DNA from: Promethearchaeota archaeon
Lineage (GTDB): Archaea > Asgardarchaeota > Lokiarchaeia > Sigyniarchaeales > SOKP01
DNA length: 14,038 nt
Direction: 5' to 3'
Assembly (NCBI GenBank): GCA_048941265.1
Contig: JBHLNT010000107.1
Span: 1-14,038, forward strand
Shown: one piece after another, positions 1 to 7,090 of the stretch
Layout of the letters: the number at the start of each line of letters is the position of its first letter
Position numbering within the stretch: position 1 is the stretch's first letter
Translations under genes and position numbers: made by a program
The notes under the pieces: model-generated
The model's input: only the letters and a program-made list of their open reading frames with translations
The model's database searches: none
Told to the model about the DNA's origin: nothing

Positions 1-1
1 T

Positions 2-910
2 AATTACATAGAAATACGACCTAAATCCAAGTTAAAGTATTTTTTTTGGTCAGATCCTTATAGGCTTCCTAAAGACTTAGCAACCTTAAGTTACCTTGAG
101 AAAAAAGGAATACAATTTGTTATCGCTTTAGGTAAGCATACAATGAGAGAAAAATGCTATAGCAAGATAAAACGCTTAATAGATAATAATATTGGTATTA
201 ACATCTGTTTATTGGACAAGGATTTCGCTCATTTAGATAATTCATATAATTTTATTGGGCTCTATAAATTTTTAAGGAAAAGTTTTATTTTCGACAGCGC
301 TAATGAAATCTATATTGACGCCGAAATATCTAATAAATATCGAAAAGACATGATAAATTCTTCATGGAACAATATATTGACCTATATTTACAATAATTAC
401 CCTAGTAAAAAAGAATATGTTAAAGCTATTAACGACTACAACCATCTTACAAAATTAATTCATAGAGATGGTAAAAAATTTGGTATTATTCGATCAATAA
501 ACGCTGCTAACGAAGTTGATAAATTAACGCGAAATGTCCCTTTTAAAGAGATGGAGGAAGATATCTCGGTCGCAATGGTTTATAGAGTTCCAGAGAAAAG
601 AAAAAAAGAATATAAAGATTATTGGTTTTATCAAATTGCCAAGAAAGAGGGAGATAATATTTTTCTTGGAGGGATCAATAACGCATATCGAAGTTTGAAA
701 AAAGATATTACTATATGCAGTTATCTTAGAAAAAAAAGAATTTATATTTATGATTTCAATGGATTTCAAAAATTTTGCAAAATCAGCGACTTAAAACCTT
801 ACAAGCACTATAAAATAAAAAAAGATACATTAGAATCTTTCAAACACATTACAAAATTCGCAGGGATAGAGGTTGCTGATAAAATTATTAAAATTTTTAA
901 ATCTAAATAG
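2..910 (+). CDS. Hypothetical protein, 5'-truncated by the window edge; possibly a glycoside-hydrolase-like TIM barrel
   Basis: The frame of the 143..910 ORF has no stop from position 2 (NYIEIRPKSKLKYFFWSDPYRLPKDLATLSYLEKKGIQFVIALGKHT-MREK...), so the true start probably lies upstream of the window. Short beta-like segments alternate with helices (IQFVIAL, INICLL, IYIDAE, FGIIR, VAMVYR, IFLGG, IYIYD). The fold call is inference only. Confidence 0.7.
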   Translation, partial: NYIEIRPKSKLKYFFWSDPYRLPKDLATLSYLEKKGIQFVIALGKHTMREKCYSKIKRLIDNNIGINICLLDKDFAHLDNSYNFIGLYKFLRKSFIFDSANEIYIDAEISNKYRKDMINSSWNNILTYIYNNYPSKKEYVKAINDYNHLTKLIHRDGKKFGIIRSINAANEVDKLTRNVPFKEMEEDISVAMVYRVPEKRKKEYKDYWFYQIAKKEGDNIFLGGINNAYRSLKKDITICSYLRKKRIYIYDFNGFQKFCKISDLKPYKHYKIKKDTLESFKHITKFAGIEVADKIIKIFKSK

Positions 911-1076
911 AAATGGTCCCTCACTAATAAAACAAAAAAATTTCTAATTTTCCTTATTATATCTATATACTTAGTTTGTTGTTTCTCAGATTGGTTAAAT
1001 TCTTGGTTTTACTGTTTTTCTTTTTAAATTCTATTGAAATAAATTTATAAAATCAGACATTACTGAGGATTTTATT

Positions 1077-1124
1077 AATAATATTTATTAGCGTGAATAG
1101 CAAATAGTGTATAAATCCACTATT
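1077..1124 (+). promoter_or_regulatory. Archaeal TATA-like element followed by a 22-bp quasi-palindromic operator candidate
   Basis: AATAATATTTATTA at 1077-1090, then AATAGTGTAT-AA-ATCCACTATT at 1103-1124 (10-bp arms, one mismatch), positioned over the expected transcription start. Confidence 0.6.
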
Positions 1125-1127
1125 AAT

Positions 1128-2297
1128 ATGAAAACAAAGAAAATTATGATGTTTTCTACTCCAAAAAAAATTGGGAATTTAGAAATCAAGAATCGCTTTG
1201 TGAGATCTGCTACTTTCGAATCTCTAGCTTCCGATAGCTATGTTAATGATAAACTTATAAATTTTTATAAAGCCCTGGCTGAGGGAGGTGTCGGATTAAT
1301 TATTACTGGAGCTGTTGCTGTACAAAAAAATGCGAGAATAAGTGAAATGCAAATGGGAATATTTAAAGATGATTTTATTTCTGGTTTGAAAAAAATTGCC
1401 AATATTGCGCATAAATATGGTAATGAGTGTAAAATTAGCCTGCAACTGCATCATGCCGGAACTCAAAATTTCGTGGAGAAAGATCGTGTAGCACCTTCAG
1501 CAGTTTACAATCCATTTCTTAAAAAATCACCTCGTGAAATGACTCTTGATGAAATTAAAGAGACAATAGAAGCTTTTGCACAAGGAATAAGAAGAACTAA
1601 AGAAGCAGGATTTGATGCAGTACAGCTACATGGAGGACATGGATGGCTTTTAAGTGCATTTCTCTCTCCATACACAAATATTAGAACAGATGAATATGGT
1701 GGAAATACAGAAAATAGGGTTAGAATTGTTGAAGAAATTTATAAGAGAGCAATAGAGTTGGTGGGAACCAATTTTCCGATTATGATTAAATATAACTCTG
1801 ATGATTTTATGGAAGGTGGGATGGATCTAAATGAAGGTAAAAAAATTGCTGATAGACTCTCAAAATTAGGATTTGTTGCTCTTGAAATTAGTGGTGGTAT
1901 GTGGGCCGCTGTAACTCGAAGCGAAGAAGAGCTAGGCTGGAAAATTGCAATGTTACCAGAGTCTCGAATTAGTATTGGAACTGTGAATGAACCTGCTTAT
2001 AATGTACCATATGCTAAGGAAATCAAGAAAGTAGTAGATATTCCAATAATAGCAATTGGAGGAATAAATTCCCTTGTACTAGCAGAGAATATTTTAGAGG
2101 AGGGAAGTGCTGATTTCATTGCATTGGCTAGACCTTTCATTAGAGAACCAAACCTTCCTAATAGATGGTTAAAAGGAGAAAGTGACGCTGGAGTTAAATG
2201 TATTTATTGCAATACTTGTATAGGAAGCCTGTCGAAAGGTATCCGATGTGTTACTAAAGAGAAAGAAGAACGATTAGCTAAAAGAAAAGCAAAATAG
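1128..2297 (+). CDS. NADH:flavin oxidoreductase / Old Yellow Enzyme family protein with a C-terminal Cys (Fe-S) motif
   Basis: Motifs KNRFVRSAT, GGVGLIITG, QLHHAG, AGFDAVQLHGGHGWLLSAFLSP, NIRTDEYGG..ENRVR, GGI, ADFIALARPFIREP, and C-terminal CIYCNTC-x9-C. Start placed at ATG 1128 (1146/1149 are alternatives) rather than GTG 1107, which lies inside the palindrome. Confidence 0.93.
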   Translation: MKTKKIMMFSTPKKIGNLEIKNRFVRSATFESLASDSYVNDKLINFYKALAEGGVGLIITGAVAVQKNARISEMQMGIFKDDFISGLKKIANIAHKYGNECKISLQLHHAGTQNFVEKDRVAPSAVYNPFLKKSPREMTLDEIKETIEAFAQGIRRTKEAGFDAVQLHGGHGWLLSAFLSPYTNIRTDEYGGNTENRVRIVEEIYKRAIELVGTNFPIMIKYNSDDFMEGGMDLNEGKKIADRLSKLGFVALEISGGMWAAVTRSEEELGWKIAMLPESRISIGTVNEPAYNVPYAKEIKKVVDIPIIAIGGINSLVLAENILEEGSADFIALARPFIREPNLPNRWLKGESDAGVKCIYCNTCIGSLSKGIRCVTKEKEERLAKRKAK

Positions 2298-2352
2298 AAT
2301 TATTAATTTAAAACTAGTATTTAAACTTTACAATCATTATAAAACGAGTAAA

Positions 2353-2426
2353 AATAATATTTATTAAGATTTAAGGCAAAGTAATATATAAATATATAAA
2401 TCCACTATTGATGTAAAAATAAAAGA
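2353..2426 (+). promoter_or_regulatory. Promoter region homologous to the one upstream of the OYE gene
   Basis: Identical AATAATATTTATTA (2353-2366) and identical TATAAATCCACTATT (2395-2409), with similar downstream sequence; 8-bp tandem repeat AATATATA x2 at 2383-2398. Confidence 0.6.
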
Positions 2427-2463
2427 TTAAAATTAATTAAATTAAAGGAATGAGTTGTAAAAA

Positions 2464-3522
2464 ATGGCATTAGAAGAAGAATTAGATCAAGACGCAATTG
2501 AGGAGGCAAAAAGGCAATGGCATGGTGTACCCTTAAGCTTTGACCAAGAAAAAATGATTAAATGGTATACCCATGAGAGGGGAGGTGCCAGAGGAGGAGC
2601 GGACGTATTTTACCTTATGTTTGGTATAACCTATAATTGTCAACTTAAATGTCCCCACTGTTGTGTAGGTAATTATGAAAATGAGCCACCTAGAGAACTT
2701 ACAACAGAAGAGATTAAGGATGTATTAGATCAATCAGCTAAAGCTTTCGCGATCAACTTTTTTGGTGGAGAACCAACCTTGAGAGAAGACTTAATGGAAC
2801 TAATAAAATATGCTTCAGAGAGATCTGTATATGTATTCTGTGATACAAACGGAATAAAAATTACAAAGGATTATGCAAGACAATTGAAGGATAACGGCTT
2901 AGAGATTTTATATGTAAGCATTGATAGTCCCCATCCGGAAATACATGATGAATTACGCGGAATGAAAGGACTATTTGATATAGCAACGCAGGGTATAAAA
3001 AATGCACTTGAAGTGGGATTAAATTGTCAACTTTCCACTTATATAACAAAGGAGAATCTTGCAAATGGAAACTTTGAACGAGTAATTCAGTTGGCTCGAG
3101 ATCTTAATGCAACAGGGGTAAGATATTTATTACCTACACCGACCGGGAGATGGTTATATAAACTTGATGTAATGTTGACACCCGAAGAAAAGAAAAAAGT
3201 TAGAAAAATTGCCAAATTCCCTTACGTTGTTAGAGACTTCTATTTTCAAAATCAAACTTCAAGTCAATGCGCTGGTATGTCAGGTCATGCGTATTTTTAT
3301 ATCTCACCGTATGGAGATGTTATGCCATGCTGTTTTATACCGCTTACTTTCGGAAATATCAGAGAAGAACCTCTGAAAACAATTTTGGAAAGAATGTGGG
3401 GGCACGGAATGTTCAGTGAAGATTGGGTGAATAGAGAATGTCCAATGTTAAACGCGGAATATAGAAAAAAATATATAGATTCAATTCCCAGTGGAACAAA
3501 GTTACCGTTTAGAATATGTTAA
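2464..3522 (+). CDS. Radical SAM enzyme with a C-terminal Twitch/SPASM-type auxiliary Fe-S domain
   Basis: CQLKCPHC (CxxxCxxC), FGGEPTLR, DTNG, VSIDS...HDELRG; C-terminal QCAG...YISPYGDVMPCC...FGNIRE..L..I...ECPM. Confidence 0.92.
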   Translation: MALEEELDQDAIEEAKRQWHGVPLSFDQEKMIKWYTHERGGARGGADVFYLMFGITYNCQLKCPHCCVGNYENEPPRELTTEEIKDVLDQSAKAFAINFFGGEPTLREDLMELIKYASERSVYVFCDTNGIKITKDYARQLKDNGLEILYVSIDSPHPEIHDELRGMKGLFDIATQGIKNALEVGLNCQLSTYITKENLANGNFERVIQLARDLNATGVRYLLPTPTGRWLYKLDVMLTPEEKKKVRKIAKFPYVVRDFYFQNQTSSQCAGMSGHAYFYISPYGDVMPCCFIPLTFGNIREEPLKTILERMWGHGMFSEDWVNRECPMLNAEYRKKYIDSIPSGTKLPFRIC

Positions 3523-3643
3523 TAGAAAAAAAAACTTAGATGATGTGAACGATATCTACATTTAAACACGATTTTCTATCTTTTCTTGGATCTTTTTCTT
3601 AATTAGATCTGAATGCTCTTTTACGAAATCTAAGCGATCAAAC

Positions 3644-3657
3644 ATAATATTTATTAA
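3644..3657 (+). promoter_or_regulatory. TATA-like element upstream of the TIR gene
   Basis: ATAATATTTATTAA, the same core as at 1078-1090 and 2354-2366; a GTGA SD-like motif sits at 3714-3717 before ATG 3724. Confidence 0.45.
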
Positions 3658-3723
3658 CGAAAAAAATGAAAATATAAGATAATCCAATTAAATTTTCATA
3701 ATATTTTAATAAAGTGATGGAAA

Positions 3724-4488
3724 ATGGAAGAATTACATTCGGATAAAAGTATTTATAAGAAATTTTTCTATATAAGCATTTCTTTGTTAATTGTAGGAAT
3801 TATAGTTTTATCTATATTCCTATGGTTTGGAACTCAAGAAATTTCATTTAGCTTAGGGTATATTTTTTCGCACGCCCCCGGACTTGGTTTATTTTTGTTT
3901 CTTTTTATCGTTGTGTTTTTTTTTGGAATAGGAATAGCTAGTCTAACAATATACATTATTAAACCAGGAGGAGTTGAAAAAAGAGAATTTAGGAGATTAC
4001 AAGAAAAGCAAGCTAAATTTACTGGAAAATATCCAAGTCAACAACCGACTCCTAAATCAGTAGGATTTTCAGTGCAAAAAGGTATTTCTAAAAAGGAAAA
4101 TCTCTTAATTTTTATGAGCTATGCTACTAAGGATGCAGAATTATTTAAAATTTCTGATATAGCAAATAAGTTAACTAACTATAATGAAATTAATGATGTA
4201 CTTTATTGGCAAGAAGATGCTGGAAAAAGCATTGTTGAATATATGGAAGAAAATCTCAATAAATGCGATCTCTTATTATTATTCTGTTCTCCTAACTCAT
4301 TGCATTCTAGTGCTGTAAAGAAAGAATATGAAGCCGCACAATTTATGGGAAAGATAATTATCCCAGTTTTTACAGAAATTAGTCATGTTCCAACCTTGTT
4401 ACAGCCTGAACGTGGTGTTAGATTTGATATGTTTGATTTACATAAAACTATAGAAGAAATTTATAAGTTAATTAAAAAAAAAATCTAA
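3724..4488 (+). CDS. Membrane-anchored TIR-domain protein (2 N-terminal TM helices + C-terminal TIR domain)
   Basis: Two hydrophobic segments (FFYISISLLIVGIIVLSIFLWFG; LGLFLFLFIVVFFFGIGIASLTIYII). TIR pattern from about 4105: IFMSYATKD, LYWQED, CDLLLLFCSPNSLHSSAVKKEY (Glu at 4324-4326), IIPVF, VPTLL. Confidence 0.87.
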   Translation: MEELHSDKSIYKKFFYISISLLIVGIIVLSIFLWFGTQEISFSLGYIFSHAPGLGLFLFLFIVVFFFGIGIASLTIYIIKPGGVEKREFRRLQEKQAKFTGKYPSQQPTPKSVGFSVQKGISKKENLLIFMSYATKDAELFKISDIANKLTNYNEINDVLYWQEDAGKSIVEYMEENLNKCDLLLLFCSPNSLHSSAVKKEYEAAQFMGKIIIPVFTEISHVPTLLQPERGVRFDMFDLHKTIEEIYKLIKKKI

Positions 4489-4514
4489 TTCAAATTGATT
4501 TCAAATATATTAAA

Positions 4515-4526
4515 TTTTATTTTTTT
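4515..4526 (+). terminator. Oligo-T terminator candidate between convergent genes
   Basis: TTTTATTTTTTT shortly after the TIR stop codon, as typical of archaeal intrinsic terminators. Confidence 0.4.
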
Positions 4527-5713
4527 CATTTGACCACTTCTCGTGCAAGTATTTCAAGTTCTTCTTCAGTAATATATTCGTGATTTTTAATTCTTTCTTG
4601 AACTTTTTCGCGTAGGCTATCGATATGTTTTTGAGATGGAGTTAAACCCATTTTCATTAGTTTTGCCATTATGGCTCTATCTTGAAGGGTCGTTGCTCCG
4701 AATATCAATTTTCTTGTTTGGCCAACTAAATGAGGTTGAAATAATTCCCATGTCATCCAATTCCCGATTAATATCTGTTCGACATGCAAATCAGACTCAT
4801 GAATGAAGCAATTTTTTCCCACAATCGCCTTATGACCTTGTAATGGTGTATTACTATATTTCTCGACTAGCTGAGAAACTACCATAATTTTTTCTAACTT
4901 AATATCTGTACTAATGCCATATAAGATTTCAAGTGCCATTATTACCTCTTCAGTTGCCGCATTTCCGGCTCTATCACCAAGACCATTAAATATTACATCC
5001 ACTACTTCCGCTCCACCTTCAACTCCAGCTAGAGTAGTCGCACATGCGAGTCCTAAATCATTATGGGTATGTACTTCAATAGGAATATTCCCAACAATAT
5101 TTTTAGTAAATGCAACATAATCTCTAAAGGCTGTTGGAAGAGCACATCCATTTCCATCATAGCATACAATTCTATCAACCCCGGCATCAACTGCTAAATT
5201 TAGAAATTTTTCCCAAAATTTGGGCAAAACACGACCTGAACCAAAAGCTACAGTTACTCCTTGTGATTTAGCATATTCAATACCCTCTGTAATTCTTGTC
5301 AATACCGCTTTTTTGGTCCCTAAAACCGGATCGGGAACCAATAAAAAATTGATATGATCTACTTCTACTGAAATGTTATCATCAACCTCTTTCTTTATAT
5401 CTTTAGCGTATAATCTTCCATGAGAGGAAAGCCTCATTTTAATCCCTTCCCGCTTAAGTGCTTTAAATGTTTCAGCATGTTCTTGAATCCCGGCTCCATA
5501 ACCTACTTCAACTTCAGGAATCCCCATTTCTTCTAAAGCCTTGGCAATTTCAACTTTTTGATCTATAGTGAAATAACTACCGGGGGTTTCTTCTCCCTCT
5601 CTTAAGGTGTCATCTTTTATTATAACTTTTTCTGGCAAGTTCATTTGACTTCGAACTGAATCAGCAAAATTCCAATCCCTAGTGCACCATCTTTGATCTT
5701 TATCTACTTTCAT
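4526..5713 (-). CDS. DRE-TIM metallolyase, homocitrate/isopropylmalate/citramalate synthase family, without the C-terminal regulatory domain
   Basis: [12 protein letters not shown] (5588-5614 covers DDTLREGEE), EVEVG, HTHNDLG (HxH metal ligands), [31 protein letters not shown] 5713 preferred over TTG 5737. Confidence 0.88.
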   Translation of the reverse strand: MKVDKDQRWCTRDWNFADSVRSQMNLPEKVIIKDDTLREGEETPGSYFTIDQKVEIAKALEEMGIPEVEVGYGAGIQEHAETFKALKREGIKMRLSSHGRLYAKDIKKEVDDNISVEVDHINFLLVPDPVLGTKKAVLTRITEGIEYAKSQGVTVAFGSGRVLPKFWEKFLNLAVDAGVDRIVCYDGNGCALPTAFRDYVAFTKNIVGNIPIEVHTHNDLGLACATTLAGVEGGAEVVDVIFNGLGDRAGNAATEEVIMALEILYGISTDIKLEKIMVVSQLVEKYSNTPLQGHKAIVGKNCFIHESDLHVEQILIGNWMTWELFQPHLVGQTRKLIFGATTLQDRAIMAKLMKMGLTPSQKHIDSLREKVQERIKNHEYITEEELEILAREVVK

Positions 5714-5796
5714 TGATACCCCCAAGGGGTAATCCAAGCTCGTTCCATGATTTCACATTTTTTATAATTTCTAATCTATATCACTGCATTAGATTA

Positions 5797-5810
5797 TTTA
5801 AAATTTTAAA
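5797..5810. promoter_or_regulatory. Perfect 14-bp palindrome in the divergent promoter region (possible bidirectional TATA or regulator site)
   Basis: TTTAAAATTTTAAA lies between the divergent synthase and M20 genes. It is all A/T, so chance occurrence is possible. Confidence 0.35.
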
Positions 5811-5856
5811 AATCCTTTCATGGAAATAATATTATAAAAAACCAAGGAAAATTATT

Positions 5857-7077
5857 ATGGATGATATAGAAAAAATAGTTCTTGAAAAAATTGAAAATAT
5901 GAGAGATGAGATAATAAAATTTCATCAAGAAATTATAAGAATTCCATCTGAAAATCCTCCAAGGAAATATAAGGAAATTATAAATTTTACAGAAAAAAAA
6001 TTCAAGGAATTAGGATTAAAAACTCAAGTTAAACGTAATAATCTAGTGGGTGAAATAGGGAATAATAGGAGTCGTACATTAATATTGAACGGACATTTAG
6101 ATACCGTTGAAGCTTTCAAAGGTTGGAAACAAGAACCATTTGGAGGGAATATTATTGATGGAAAAGTATACGGACGTGGGGCCTCCGATGATAAATCTAG
6201 CGTCACCGCAGAAATCTTTGCAACTAAAGCGTTATTGGAAGCAGGTGTTAATTTAAATGGAAAGTTAATTTTAACTGCTGTGGTTGATGAAGAGACAGGA
6301 GGATTAAGAGGTGCCGATTATTTACTAAAAAGTGGTTTAGTAAATGGTGATGCTTGTCTGCTAGGTGATGCTCCATGTGATTATCCATTTGGATATTGTG
6401 GGGGTAGCATGTACATAACTTTTACAATTCATGGTAAAAAGGCTCATGGATTAGGATTTCCGGATTTACCTCTTCCTTATCGTAGTGAACAATCAGGTAT
6501 AAACAGCATTGAAAAAATGCTTAGAATAATGGACTTTTTGGTAAAATTAAAAGAAGAATTTCTTAAAAAAGAAACAAAATATCCATTACCAGAGGGATGG
6601 AATGTTTCTGTTAGTAGTGTAAATTTAGCGGAGATTCATGGAGGAGATAAAATTACTACAGTACCCGATCGCTGTTTTCTTCATGTGAGTATAAATACGA
6701 TTCCAGAACAAGATATTGGCAGTATTAAGAATAGAATATTAGAATATGTGGAAGCGCTTAAAGAACAAGATCCAAACTTAGATATAAATGTTCAAATTCC
6801 TATAGCATTTGAACCTCAATTGATTGATACTAAATCAGATTTTGCGAGAGCAGTAATAAAATCAACTAAAGTTGTTTTTAATGAGGAAAGGGAATTCAAA
6901 TTATTTTTACCTTCTACAGATGCTCACTGGTTTCAAGAGAGAAATATTCCTACAATATTAATAGGATCTACAAGAGAGGATAATAATATTCATGCAGAAG
7001 ATGAGTTCGTTTATATTGAAGATTTGATCAATACTACTAAAATGTTCGCCATAACTGCGTTAAATTACTTAAAATAG
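5857..7077 (+). CDS. M20 family metallo-amidohydrolase (ArgE/DapE/LysK-like)
   Basis: Metal-binding motifs NGHLDTV, GRGASDDKS, VDEETGG, LLGDA and NNIHAEDE; dimerisation-domain motifs GKKAHG and IHGGDKITTVPD. Confidence 0.93.
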   Translation: MDDIEKIVLEKIENMRDEIIKFHQEIIRIPSENPPRKYKEIINFTEKKFKELGLKTQVKRNNLVGEIGNNRSRTLILNGHLDTVEAFKGWKQEPFGGNIIDGKVYGRGASDDKSSVTAEIFATKALLEAGVNLNGKLILTAVVDEETGGLRGADYLLKSGLVNGDACLLGDAPCDYPFGYCGGSMYITFTIHGKKAHGLGFPDLPLPYRSEQSGINSIEKMLRIMDFLVKLKEEFLKKETKYPLPEGWNVSVSSVNLAEIHGGDKITTVPDRCFLHVSINTIPEQDIGSIKNRILEYVEALKEQDPNLDINVQIPIAFEPQLIDTKSDFARAVIKSTKVVFNEEREFKLFLPSTDAHWFQERNIPTILIGSTREDNNIHAEDEFVYIEDLINTTKMFAITALNYLK

Positions 7078-7090
7078 GAATCTCTTTAGA

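Noticed and set aside
524-769. 81-aa minus-strand ORF
   Set aside because: Antisense shadow inside the longer plus-strand CDS; no motifs.
1107-1127. GTG start proposed by the ORF track for the OYE gene
   Set aside because: It lies within the palindrome and only about 17 nt after the TATA-like element, at or before the expected transcription start; downstream ATGs fit better.
2861-3064. 67-aa minus-strand ORF
   Set aside because: Antisense to the well-supported radical SAM gene.
2464-3522. Radical SAM gene as the GRE activase
   Set aside because: Twitch/SPASM architecture, no activase-type motif context, about 5 kb away and on the opposite strand.
3666-3699. 8-bp inverted repeat ATGAAAAT/ATTTTCAT upstream of the TIR gene
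   Set aside because: Short, AT-rich, with an 18-bp spacer and no second copy; compatible with chance.
3724-4488. Thoeris, CBASS or Pycsar defence operon
   Set aside because: No ThsA, cyclase, SIR2, STING or other partner gene is adjacent; the neighbours are metabolic genes.
4914-5120. 68-aa plus-strand ORF
   Set aside because: Antisense shadow of the synthase gene.
4526-5713. Specific symbol leuA, cimA, nifV or aksA
   Set aside because: No regulatory domain, altered active-site motifs and no pathway context, so only the family is supported.
6024-6206. 60-aa minus-strand ORF
   Set aside because: Antisense shadow of the M20 gene.
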